Origin: Klebsormidium nitens
Taxonomy: Eukaryota > Plantae > Klebsormidiophyceae
Assembly: GCA_000708835.1 (NCBI GenBank)
Contig: DF237081.1
Coordinates: forward strand, 116,136 to 180,135
Reading direction: 5' to 3'
Length of the DNA stretch: 64,000 bases
A program made the position numbers and the translations under genes. Below are positions 13,637 to 26,200 of this stretch, piece by piece (the stretch's first letter is position 1; the number at the start of each line of letters is the position of its first letter). Below the pieces are notes generated by a model, which was given only the letters and a program-made list of their open reading frames with translations, was not told where the DNA came from and ran no database searches.

Positions 13637-14101
13637 ATACCAACCGAGGCTGCCCATGATGTCCACTTAATATCGAGATCTGATATCATCAAGTTCCATC
13701 AGCTATATGCGGCCTTTGACCATTCGTCATATGTTGCTGCTGTATACAAAATCATCTGAGCTAGTGAACATCGTGGTACGTGCTTGGTTAAGCGTTAAAA
13801 CGCTTATAAACCTTGCATTGGGCTGCCGCCCCTCAAACTTTTGAAGGGCCCATGTATCATATCAGACTCACGTGCATTGGAAGCCTTTCAGATGGTACAG
13901 TGCCGTCAATGAGCCTGACTCGCCATTCACTTCGCGAGGACTTGCTTGAGGTCAAAAACGAGATTTTCATTTGAGATGCACCATGCTTTGCATCGACTTG
14001 CAGCACAACAGGTCGACCGTTTGACAGAGAAGCATTGAACACCTGAAAGTTCTTCATCAGTCAGTTTGTACAAGGTCGGCAATTGCTCGATCGCTACATC
14101 T

Positions 14102-15648
14102 CTAAATGGGTGGTAAGTCGACTTGATTGACTGTGCCACTTTGTACTCCTCTGAACAGAGGATGTTGGTCGACTTGTCCATTCCGGACAAGCACTGCAAG
14201 GCTGAAGTTCTGGAAGAGGACCCAGACTCCAACGGCTATCGTCATGATAGCAACATTATAGATTCCATACATGACGATCAAGACGGCGATAGGAGTGGCT
14301 ATGCAAAGTGTGACGATCGCAGCAACCTTCGAAGAGACTCCACATGAGAGTAACAAGTCGGCCAAGATTCGGCCACCGTCAAGTGGGTAGGCAGGAAGCA
14401 GCAGATTGAAGCAGAAGAGCGCAATATTGACCCTGCAGCGACAAATCGAACTAAGTCTCGGCACGTCTAAAGATTCCTTTTCTTGCCAAGAAAGACTTTC
14501 TTTTTCGACTCTCATACGCAGAGTGTGAGTTGTCCAATCCTAGTGGTTAGAAGTCAGAGCAACCACAAGGAAACTGATACATGTGCGAAATTGCCCGCAC
14601 AACGAATCTGAAGAAACCTGCGTGCAGATGCCGGTGATCTGTATTGCCTTTGATAATCTCCACGTCTGCAAATGTGGGCGTCCCAAGCAAGGCACACGAA
14701 ACAATTGCAGAGAACCAAACCCATGTTTGAAGGCTGTTTGAAGTCTCCTTCAGGGTGTCAAACAGCGAATGTGGAGGACAATGAACCCAACAAGCGGAGT
14801 TAGAAGGGGGGAGGAAAGCAAGGAATAGCTCACATGATGGCTGCCGCCACTAAGTTTGTCCAGAAATGGTCCCCCACCGGAGCATACACGTTCAGCGACA
14901 CGTCGTCCGGCCGGGAGATTGCAAGGATGGCCAGCCAGATCGCTGTCTGCGGTATGTGCGTAAGAGGCCCGCATATGGCAACCTAGAAGAGGAGATCACC
15001 TGGCTTGAGTTGGAGGGAATTCCGGTGGAGCAAAAAGAAAAAAGCAGACGAACCAGCCATACCAATACCTTAGCTGACATGGATGGCCAAGCCATCGCAT
15101 GCTGGCAGCATGTCGAAACTTCATCATCTGTTGCTTCATTTCACTACTTTTCAGGAGCTCCCCCACTGATGTGTCTATGTTGTAATGCTTATTCCAGCTA
15201 GCATCATCTTTGAAATGGAAAAAGCAATGGCTTCCTATTCTGAAGCAGAACAGTCTTTTCACAAGGAAGCCAGTCAACTCACCTTAAAGTCGTCGATTGG
15301 AGACCCACCATGCCCGCAGTACGCTAGACCCCCCAGCGGCCAGAGAAGGATCTGGTCGACATGGCCGTTGGCCAGCTTGAGGCATGCCAAAGAGTGCCCA
15401 AACTCGTGTACCAAAACGGTGCCAAAGAGGAGCGGACCAAACAACGTGACATACCAGAGAATTGACATCCAGCCCTCGCTCAGCCCGTCAAGAACTGCAA
15501 GGACTATGACAATTGGGAAGAAGTAGGAGACGCGCACGGGTATGTTGAACAGCATGAAGAGGGCAAAGGATTGATCCGTGCGGATCCCGCCAGGCGCAGG
15601 GGCCGTGCTGGGAGCTGAGGTGTACAGCCTCTCGTCGTAGGAACCCAT
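14102..15648 (-). CDS. Peptidase M50 (site-2 protease family) intramembrane metalloprotease, about 281 aa, 3 exons
   Basis: Exons 15648-15283, 14982-14834 and 14432-14102. The protein has VLVHEFGH (HExxH), VAICGP, NLLLPAYPLDGG (NxxPxxxLDG metal ligand) and several hydrophobic helices. Confidence 0.92.
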
Positions 15649-16372
15649 TTTGGCACACAATTGAGGAACTTAGAAGCACCACCAACTCGCTCTTCTACAC
15701 GCCACCATGCGCCACGGATAGCTGGAGGGCCTGCATGTTTGCTGATTCAGGCAAACCCTAATTTTCACCAGGGGTACGGTATACCTTATAGGTTATGAAG
15801 CATAATCTAGGTACCTATACGCAAAATCAAACCTGGGCACCGCCCGGAGAAGCTTACCGGTCCTGTCAAAACCACAGTTTTTGCGTGAGCAGTGAGTCCC
15901 CGGCGTAACCTTAAGCTTGATCCGGGCACTTACGTTTTTGGGTCTAGAAAAGAAGCTCGCTCTAGTCCGCAGCCTGCTGTGGTGCTGCACAGGCTACAGC
16001 GCAGATCGTGTCCTTGGCCCTGGCCCTGGGCCTGGGCTTGAGTACGGTACCATGCAGTAGCCTTTGACATGGTTGACTGGCTCTGATCAGGGGAGTGCGG
16101 CGCCTTCCTTAGCTGCGTACCCCTGTGCCAGGGACCTGAGCCTTCCTTAAAATTTCTTGTCTTCGCAGCAGGGCAGGACAGAGGCGAAAGAAGCAAAGAG
16201 GACAACGGGCCAAGGTTCTCAACTTCTGGTGCCGTACCTGAGAAGGGTCTGTGCTGGTGCCGCTGCATGGGTTTGGGTTGTTAGACCAGGATCGTGTGTG
16301 ATTTGCGGGGAACCTCAACCGTCCGCTTTGCATGCCAGCGGATTGACAGGGAAAGGGGACAATTCACTGAAA

Positions 16373-19300
16373 ATGGTGGCCGATAAGAACTCCGTGACAA
16401 AGGAGCAGCATGAGCGCCATAAGAAGGTAATACCTGCCTCAGATTGGTTGTGCTTGTTGTTATCGTAGGGGTGTTCCTCCAATGTGACCTTGGCAGAAGG
16501 ACATGAGAATGCAAATGTTCTCCAGAGTCTTGTGGAATGCTGTGTCAAGAATCCAAGTGTTTATCAAATATTGGTGCAAGATGAATTGCTGACGCCTGCG
16601 GTTGGAGTGCTGGCTCTTGCACTGAGGTTCCATCCTTATGACCACATGTCACAATCGTCATGCAGATTCTTGATGCTCTCCTAAAGCAGCCTGAGAATCG
16701 GTGCTGCGCCGATTGTGGAAGCAGGTGAGAATGCACATGTGCCCAGTTTTGTTGCATCCCTCTCGGGGACGGAGAGAGGCGGCAGTGGTCTTGCAGGTCT
16801 TGTTAAGTGAGGACAATTTCCGAAAGGCTTGCATCGAAGATTATGTAAGATGCTCATTTGGTGAGACCAATTGGCAATGCCGGTTCACCTTTTCATTTCA
16901 GCAGACCACAGTGGAAATCTACAATTGAATGCCAACAGCAGCAACTCTGAGGAACCATGATATGCAGGAGTCCTGTGTTGGTTGTGGTGGCAACACACTT
17001 TGAGAACCCTGTCAAGTTTTGAGACCCGAAACTTAGTCATCAAGAAGAGGAACTCACTAATGGCATTTAGGGTTCTGCGACCATCCGACAGAACACCCTC
17101 TAAGTGTTGCTTATTCTCCAACAGGGGTCCAAGATGGGCCAGCGTCAACCTTGGGGTTTTCCTTTGCATTCAGTGCTCTGGCATTCATCGGAGCCTGGGA
17201 GTCCACATTTCGCAGGTGAGCAAAAATATTGGAATCATTTGTAACGCTTGGAGCGCAAAGTCAACTCAAGGATCTGTAGTCTAGAGCAAGCCCTTTCGGA
17301 TCGCACTCCCGTTCTCTGAACCGACCTCATCAATGTTGAGAGGTTACAGGATTGAAATTCTTAGAAGGACAAGGAGCATCATCTTCCGTACCAACAATTG
17401 TCTCAAGGATCAATAGGATTGTCCCAAAAATGTGGTGCTTCTTTGGTCATGCAGGTCCGCTCTGCGACGTTGGACACATGGCTGCCCGATCAAGTTGCAT
17501 TCATTCAGTGTAAGTCCATCAGAAGTCTCCAGAGTCCTGTGATGGTTGCCAACAGAGTCCTCAAGCAAAAATTGGCCAACAGTAGGCATGGGATTCGGCG
17601 CCCCTGCAAAAGTGCTCATTTCATGGACGCGTATGGTGCATATAGAAGTCAGGTCTGGAAGTCAGATCTGGATTTATATCGACAACAGATGGGTTCAGGA
17701 TTGCATTCTCGCTCCTAGGTCGCAAGGATCTTCTACCAATCCAGTAGTGATGGTGGTGGCTCGGGGTCGCGAGTCCCCGCTGAGCGATTTACGCCCTCAA
17801 TGAGCAGGCATATGAAGACGACAAAGGACTGACTTACATCATTCCCGCTTTCCAGCGATGGGGAACCAGAAAGCGAACGAGTATTGGGAGGCGGAATTGC
17901 CGAGTAACTTCAAGAGGCCCAGCGAGCAGGACCGGCCGGCTGTAGAGAGCTTCATTCGTGCCAAGTAAGTTGCCACAAGAAGCGTGCAGCTCGGTCCGTT
18001 GGTCGAGACGCTTGTACTTTGCTCTGGCAGGCTGGTTGGTTTGGGCCTTGCGTGCCTGCATGATTATTGATTGAGAATCGAATGTGGCCTCAATTGTGAA
18101 TCGTAAGCAAAAGGGCTTGACAAGGTACCCAACGCAAAGAGCCTGGTTCCTGAACCTGAGGTACCTGTGGTCTCTGTCAACCCGTCGTCTTCCCCTACTT
18201 TGCAAGCATGGTGAAATTGTGAGCATCATTCAAACACATCAGAGGTCGGTACTAGTCTCAAGGATGTTGAGGGTTGCACGAAAGCTTGCAATTCCTTGCT
18301 CTTTGGTTCTGGCATCATGGCGCACATATTGCTGAGTCGAGTGAGCAATTGATGTCAGGTATGAACGGAAGGCCTTCGTTGCGCGAGAGCGCCGCCGCTC
18401 GAAGGAGGACCGGCCCGCCTCCCGGCACGAAGGAGGCTACAACTCGGATCACGGGCCCGCCTCCAGACCTCCCCAGCATGAGGAGCGCAGAGGGGGCGCA
18501 GGGCCGTCACAAGCGGCGCCTGCAAGACCAACTATGGCAGTCAAGTAAGACAGAACGCATTTAGTCATAACACAGCTTCTTCTCCTTGATGACAGACTCT
18601 ATTTGGCCGCCAGTCGTGGCAAGAACCGAGTTGCAATTTTTGGACTATGCAGCTGGCTAGGAGTTTGCTCGTGATGTGTCTTGTCGTCCATCCTACTAAT
18701 CCTCACGGTTTGCTTTGTATCATCTTAATCACGCTCAGGTCACTACTCTAAATCATTGGAGTCTCATATCGTTTTTAGAGGATGACCAGCTCTTGGTCGC
18801 CTTTTGCAGACTGGAAGCAATATAAGATACTGGACATTGTAGCATTTGACCTCATGTTGTCTCTTCCCAACCTGTTTTTCTTTTAAGGGGTAGAATCCCG
18901 CATTTTTTCTGTGGTCAGAATCGCCAGATTCCATTCTGCTCACAACCTCCGTTCTGTTTCCCCTAGGGTCCCGCTCCCTCGCGCCGCTGCCTCGCCTGCC
19001 GCCGCTGTCCCCGCCCCCCGCGTTGCCACCTCGACCGCGCCCCCCCCAAAAGTGGAGTCCGCCCCCGCGCTTATGGACCTTCTCAGCCTGGCGGACTCTC
19101 CGCCCAAGGCCCCTACTTCGAATACGACAGCGGCCCCAGTACCCGCTGCTGCGCCTGCGGCGAATGCGGGGGGGTGGGCCGCGTTCCCGGAGCCAGGACA
19201 GGCTGCAGCGCCTGCGGCGGCCCCGAGTGCCGCCGCAACCGCACGTAAGTCCTGGCTTCATAGCATGGACGGGGCCTCAAGATTGAAAACTTGAAGCCCC

Positions 19301-22050
19301 TCGTAAACTATTAGATGCTCAGAAGGAGCATACTTTCGGTCCAACGATCAACGGACAAGTCGAAAGACTTTGGGTTCTTGCCTGAATACTTACAATGCTT
19401 ATGATGTCCAGGGTATCTGTCGACGCAGGAAAGCTTTCTCGTGGCGTGTTTACACTCTTGTCTTTTGGAAGCTCAAACTTTCTCCTGGTTTTGCCTCTTG
19501 GTTCTGTTGGCTGTTCCTCCGAAGATGGTGGCTGCCAACCAGCTTTTCAGTACATCTATCGACGACTCATTCTTTCCTTCACTCTGCAGCTGCCACGTCA
19601 GCACCCGCTGGCGTGCCTGCCAGCACAATGTCCGCGCTGACCGACCTGTTCACTGCCTCGACACCTGGCGGCCCTGCCACGTCAGCACCCGCCGCCGCCA
19701 CGCCTGAGAAGCCGAAGAAGAACGCTACTGACATTATGAGCCTGTTCGATCAGGTGAGCGACTGGGAATTACTCGAGTCACGGGGGACGTGCCTCTGACA
19801 AGGTACAGAGTAGCGCTAGAGCTTAAGGATTAGATCCGCCAGTTGAACTATGAAGGCGGCGCTGGGCGTGCTCAGAGGACCAAGCTTCGGAGGAGGCTCC
19901 TGATTCGACATCCAGACAGAGAAGCCACCGAGGGTGGAGAATAGGCTCTTGTTTTTAAGTATCGTTTGGTCACTTCAGGCTCTTACCTTTGTAATGAGTC
20001 GCCAACAGGCCATCTTGGGCCCGTCCAGTTACCCAGTTGGCATATGGAACACAACACTTAATGCCCCTTTTCACACCTGTCTTTTCCCATTCTTACAGGG
20101 CTCCCCATTCATGAACCCCCAACAGGCGCAGCTCCAGCAACAGATGATGTATATGCAGCAGCAGCAGATGGGCGGCATGCCAGGTGTCTACCCTGGCGCG
20201 ATGCCAGGTGTCGCTATGCCAGGTGTCGTGCCCGGATCCATGCCAGGTGTCGTTTCAGGAGCAATGCCAGGTGTCGTCCCAGGGGGCATGCCCGGCATGT
20301 TCCCTCAGCCGGGGGCGCACGCTTCGCCGGAGCCGTCGTCGAGCCATATGCCCGTGGTGAGGTGGTGTCAGAATTTGGTCTTCTGCGTTCGATTTGACCG
20401 TTTTCGATACTGGCCAACAGCTTTGAATTTTGGGCTGGGGGGACGGCATACGAGGGTCTACTTAAATCGCACCTGGTTCTGCGTCGATGTATGATTGTGC
20501 GGAAGTTTCTAGGCCGACCCAGTGACGGTGTCGAACCTGACGTCGGAAAAACACAAGAGGCCAGACGGTTGGTTCTATGTCAGCGTTCTAACGAGAACAC
20601 GCCGTCAAGTTCACCCTCACTGGCACTCACGCCGCCCCACTGAGCGTAGCATTCACAGCTCACCCAATCACCACTCACATGGCCCGCACTCATGCACGCA
20701 TTGGCACATTGACACAAGCCTCGGATCTCCAAGCGCTTTTTCACACTCACGCATCTGTTGCACATTTTCCACTCACCGCACATTCACACGGTCCATTCTA
20801 CCACTGTTCCAGCCGATGCCACCGCTGCCCCTCCCGCTGTCCCCCGTGCACGCGGCCCCCGGCTCGCCCCCATTCGCACCGATGCCCAATGGCACGTTTT
20901 CGCCCCCGAGCCCCCTCGTGCAAAACGGCACCTTTTCACCCCCTCAGTTCTCCCCGCCACAGTCGCCCCCCCACTCGCCCCCTCACTCACCGCCTGCGAC
21001 TAAGGGCGTCAACCCTTTTGCTGCACCCACTGCGTTCCAGGCCGGGCCAATCCCACAGGTACGCGTGGAATTTTCTGTAATCAAAAGGACAACTAGGTTG
21101 TTGCCAAACCTTTGTGTGAGTAAGTGGAGTCTGTGGGGGCACGGGTCAAGATGGGTCAGGAGTTTTGACCTGGGTTTGGTTCCAGCAGGCGCTGAATAGC
21201 AGTCACTATTGGTCCCTCCAGGCACCGGTTTCTCGGTTCCTGCCTTCGATGTACGTTGTCAACTTTATGCTTTTCTGTACGTTGAGGACGACTTAGCTTC
21301 GGACGCGCAACGCCGACTGGGGCATCCAAGCAGCGTTTAGTTAGGATAGTGAGCAGGTGTTTATCATACTTTACACCTTCCGATAGTGTGCCTCGCCTGA
21401 CTCTGTTGTGCGCCATCTTCTTCCAGGGGGGTCCTTTCGTGCCAGGGATGATGCCGGGTTTCGCTCCATACGCCCAGGGGATGCCACCGGCAGGCTTTCC
21501 AGGGTGAGCACAGCTCTTTCGTTGCGTTCTTCTTCCGGCAGCCACCAAGACGGCCGACCTCCGGAGACAGTCCGGGTATGATCGGTACAATGGGCAGGAA
21601 AATCCCGACTTACTTTCGATGCAAATGACTTCGTGTCAAATCGGGGCGGTAGTCATAAGATTCATTGGCCAATGCGGTTTGGGACATGGACACCATACTC
21701 ATCGCTGACTGAAGCCGCTGTCGAGTCTCAGAGAAGGTCCGTTCTGCTCCGGCCAGTTGCACATATCTTGTGGAACGGCGTGCGGTAATGATTGATTGGG
21801 TCTTTTCTCTCGATTTAGTCACGCCCTCGTTGTGCAAAGATGAGTTCCTTTCTGCAGGTTCTATGCTGCCCATCAACCGGGTTTCGCGGGCCCCTACAGT
21901 CCGGCACAGGCGGGCGGCCCTCTAGGAGGCCTTGGCGGGCCCGAGCAATATCAGCCCCAAGCACCCGCAGCGGTACCCAGCGGGCCTGCGAAAAAGGACG
22001 CCCCGGGGGCACAATACGATTTCTCAGATCTGCAGGCATTCGCCAAGTAG
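16373..22050 (+). CDS. AGD5: ArfGAP (SMAP/AGD5-NEVERSHED type) with a Pro/Gln/Met-rich tail, about 589 aa, 12 exons
   Basis: Exons 16373-16426, 16666-16724, 17125-17215, 17455-17509, 17856-17964, 18359-18544, 18967-19244, 19590-19753, 20099-20356, 20813-21058, 21427-21503 and 21858-22050. Motifs: [46 protein letters not shown] zinc finger, [31 protein letters not shown] and C-terminal YDFSDL. Confidence 0.92.
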
Positions 22051-23278
22051 GAGAGAAAGCATAAGTATGTAGGATGCACATTGACATTGGACTGTCAAGG
22101 TATTGAAACTCTGAAGAGAGGCTCTATACTGCAATTGGAGATGTAGGTTGTAGTTGTAAGGCGGCAGCAGCTACAGTAAACTGAGGATTGAAGGTCATCC
22201 TGATCAGTCGCAGGACGTAAAAGTGCGGCGTTATTCTTTCCGTGCTTAAGTAATGTGACCACGACTTATTCTGTGGCAATCAAGCAAAATGTATTGATGG
22301 GTCGTTTGGTAGCCCGTCAAATTGATGGCCATGCTATCATGGTACTATTCCGCCTTTTTACCGGACAGGAACAGATCCCTTCGGCCACGGACTTCGGAAA
22401 CAGTGCATTCTGGAACTGCACTGTTTCAGTCATGCATAACCGTCCGTGTAAAGTAGCACTGCTTCGAGCCAGGGCCAGCCCCCAATTGACCGTGAAATAT
22501 GCAGACTCATATACGCAATGACGAGCCGTCTCGGCCATGGCCGGAGCTAGCATGATCTATGCATGTGCTTTGCCAGTTGAAAGTGCGATCAGGCCAGGCC
22601 GGGCACCGATCTCAGCTTAGTACCGGCCGGAGGCTCAGGGCCATCGTGTACCGCGATTGCAATGATGTCGATCCTGCCGCAGTCTTGTTCAGTGCCATGA
22701 CACCATAATTGGCAAAGTGCACCATATATGTCGCATATATTGCCAAAACGTTCGATCAAGTTCAGCGGGTCATGCAATTTAAGCTATGCATGTGTATGGA
22801 CTCCTCGCTTTTATCATTAGGCTAGTGAACAGGTGCTCCAGCCTGAATATGTCGACTCACAAGTCAGTACGAATGCAAAAAGCAATGAGCGTCTTTGACC
22901 TTCAAAGCTGCCACGGTCATCTCCAAAATCAGTCGCGTCTTGCGACTTCTTTATCTGACCATGCCATTAAAATGATCGGAGAACTTGAGTTCACTGAGGC
23001 CGACTCTCAGCGTCTAAGCTGCTTGCAGAACTTTACTGGTAGCCTAATCCTAGCTTTTACCCATGGCACTTCTTCATTCAGACACCTAGACGCCCTTTCT
23101 AAATCATTGGGCCGCACGCTAAACAGCACTGAATCGCATCGAACTAGTCATTAATCTGCATATTTACGATAATGCCTTAATCCTTTCCACTGAACATCAC
23201 CTTAACCGCAAGTCCAGCCGAAGATGCTACCTCGCTCGACCTTCCATGTAACTAGACTGGGAAGCCAGCCGGCTCTGC

Positions 23279-26200
23279 TCAGCGTCTCAGGAAGCCATCC
23301 CGATCCCCCTGGTCCTGATCCTTATTGGCGTCGTCCGGTAGCTGGTCGGCCGGAACCGGAACCGCAACCGGAATGGCGATGGGCACCGGAATGACGTCGA
23401 TCTCGTACAGGCCGACGCCCACGCCGGAGCCGTCCTGCCCGCAGTTGCTGTTCGGACTCACGCCCTGCAAGAGAGAAATTGTTTGATATTACGATTCTTT
23501 CAAATCAACCCGTTATCTTTTGAAAGCCAAACTGCTTATCAATAACCAAAAGAAGAGACCCTGCTTTTGACTCACAGTACACAGTCTTGAATTCATTAGA
23601 AAGGCCCTTTCTCTTTTCAAGATTTCTCTGAGAAGCCTACGTTTTCTGCCGAGAAGCATATGCACATGAAACCCATGGGCTTCGATGAACCGAAGGACGA
23701 CTGCTCCCAAACCGGTTTGCTTGACGCCCTGCGATTTGGACGTTGAAGGACTGTTCCAGACAGAATCAGTCTGGTGCGCAACAATTCCGCGGACGGCCTT
23801 GTTTCGTAACAAGCTAAGGACGTCCCGCTCCCGGTACGCAAATTACTTTTCGTAGTGGTCAAAGCGTCCCGTTCCGTTGAGCCCCGTGAAAGAGAGTCGA
23901 AATGATTGAGCAGAGCGAAGAAGCAGGCAACAAACCTCCAATCTACAACTTTGGAGAAGCGGAATGATAGGAGATGAGCAAACGAAGCCGAAAGCAGGAG
24001 CCTCTCGCGCACTCCGATCAGCAATGACAACCGAGTCAGTAACGCTGACATACTCCCCAAACAGAGTCGAAAAACAGTGTTCGCTCCTCTCACCCCTTCA
24101 GGCCCTGGAGTATTCATCCTATCGCGCAGACAAAAGGCTGGCTAACTGCCCACTTGAGAAGCAGATAAACAGTTCTTATCCTCGCTCTAATTACCTCGTC
24201 GAGTCTCCTGGACGTCCTCCGGGTCTCTCATGTTGTTCTCGCTTTCTCTGAGAAAGTTTAGCAGCCATTCCGCGACGCAAGCAAATCGCCCGCTTTGAAG
24301 AGAAATGCTTAAGCTCCCGCTCTAGTCACCTCGTCGGGCCCCGGGATGTCCTCCCGGTCTCTGATGTTGTCCTCGATGTCGCCCCCGTCCTATTTTTAGC
24401 CAATCAGCGACGCTAGCACATTGAACTCGTGAAAAGAGAAAAGCCCTCGCTCTAGTTACCTCGTCGGGCCCGGGGATGTCCTCCCGGTCTCTGATGTTGT
24501 CCTCGATGTCGCCCCCGTACTTCTTCAGCAGCGACTCCACCAGCGTCGGGTCGATGTGCCGGTTCTCCGTGAACGACATCAGCAGCGTTGGCGCGCCCAC
24601 CGGGAGAGCGTCGCCGCGATCGATCTGCAAATGAAATTTTATTCATTATTTTTCTTTCCTTCTTTAGTTTTCCTTCTTTTCCTCTTCTTTTCCCCCCCCA
24701 ACTTTCATTTTCCCCCGCGCTGCCTTTCTCATTTGCGCAGCGTTGGGGCGCCCACCGGGAGAGCGTCGCCGCGATCTATCTGCACATGAATCTCAGATAT
24801 ACATCGGTTCGTCGTCTTTTTCTTTCCTATTTTTCCTTTCCACAACCGCTTTCTTGGTTTTGCGCAGCGTTGGGGAGCCCACCGCGAGAGCGTCTCCGCG
24901 ATTCACCTATGGAGGGACGTTAGATTTTCATCAATGGTCACTCAAGTCATCTCGCTATGTTTTTTCACCCCCGCTTTCTGTCTTCTGTGCAGCGCCGGGC
25001 CATCCACCGGAAGCGCGTCGCCGCGATTCCGACCCTGTACATGGAATCTGCGTTGATACGTAACAAGTTTTCTCTTTTTCTTTTTTACTCTTTCATCTTA
25101 CCCCCGCTTTTCGATTTCTGTGCAGCGCCGGGGCGCCCACCGGGAGAGCGTCGCCGCGATCTTTCTGCATAAGAGAAAAAATTCTTTCGTCAGCTTCTGT
25201 TTCTGTCATCTTCTTTCCTCCTGGTTTTCGCGCACGTTTCTCAGAATGCGTTTTCTGTGCATAAGTCTCGAAGAGTTGCGGAGCGCCCACTTCGGCCGGA
25301 AGGCTTCAGGATCAGACCGTCACCACGTCCAGACTTAGAGTCAAATTATTCGTAAAGGTCATCTAACAGTTTATGGCTTATAATTGCTTGCGGTCTTCCT
25401 AGCTCAATTCCGGGGTCGTGTGGAATCGAAGTCCGTTCAGCGGCGGGGCATTCCGCAGCACCTCGTTGATATTCCACGCAACTTCTCTGCCGTGCAAACA
25501 ATTATAATACCGACTTTCTCCCCCACTCACCGATCTCACAAAAATACGCCGCCAATGCGCCGCTTGGACACCCAGATCAAAGCCCAATTTACGAAATCAA
25601 ATCCATGCTTCTAGCGCCTTACATTCCAGGTCATCCACGCCTTGTCGTATTCACAACCAGATTCCTTTTTCGATTCTGCGAAGACCGTATGAAAGTCATT
25701 CTCGATTTTGCGCGCCCTCACGTTCCAGGTCATCCACTTTTGATTCTGCGGAGCCCGTATTGAATCAAATCTAATCAATATTGAAACCAGTCTTTCGAGC
25801 CTGTGTCAAAATTAATACCGACATTCCAGATAATTACGTTCCAGGTCATCCATTTTCAGATCACACCAATATTCAAACCAATATTCAAACCAATGTTCAA
25901 ACCAATATTGAAACCAGTATCAAAATCAGTATTGGATTCCCAGGTACTTACGTTCCAGGTCATCCACGCCTTGCCGTACGTCTTGGCAATCTCCTTGAGC
26001 TCGTCCCGCTCCTGGTCGCGCGAGGCACGTGGCGCGATCATGGTCCCCCCGCTGACGTCATTCACGTGCGTGTGCCACAGCTTCTTCTCGCGGTCCGGCA
26101 GGTTCTTGTACAGCCGCTCGCTGCAAATGTACTCCACGCCGATCAGCCGCGCGTCGGGGTCGTCCCTGCATATTTGGGTTATGATGCCGGTCACGATTCG

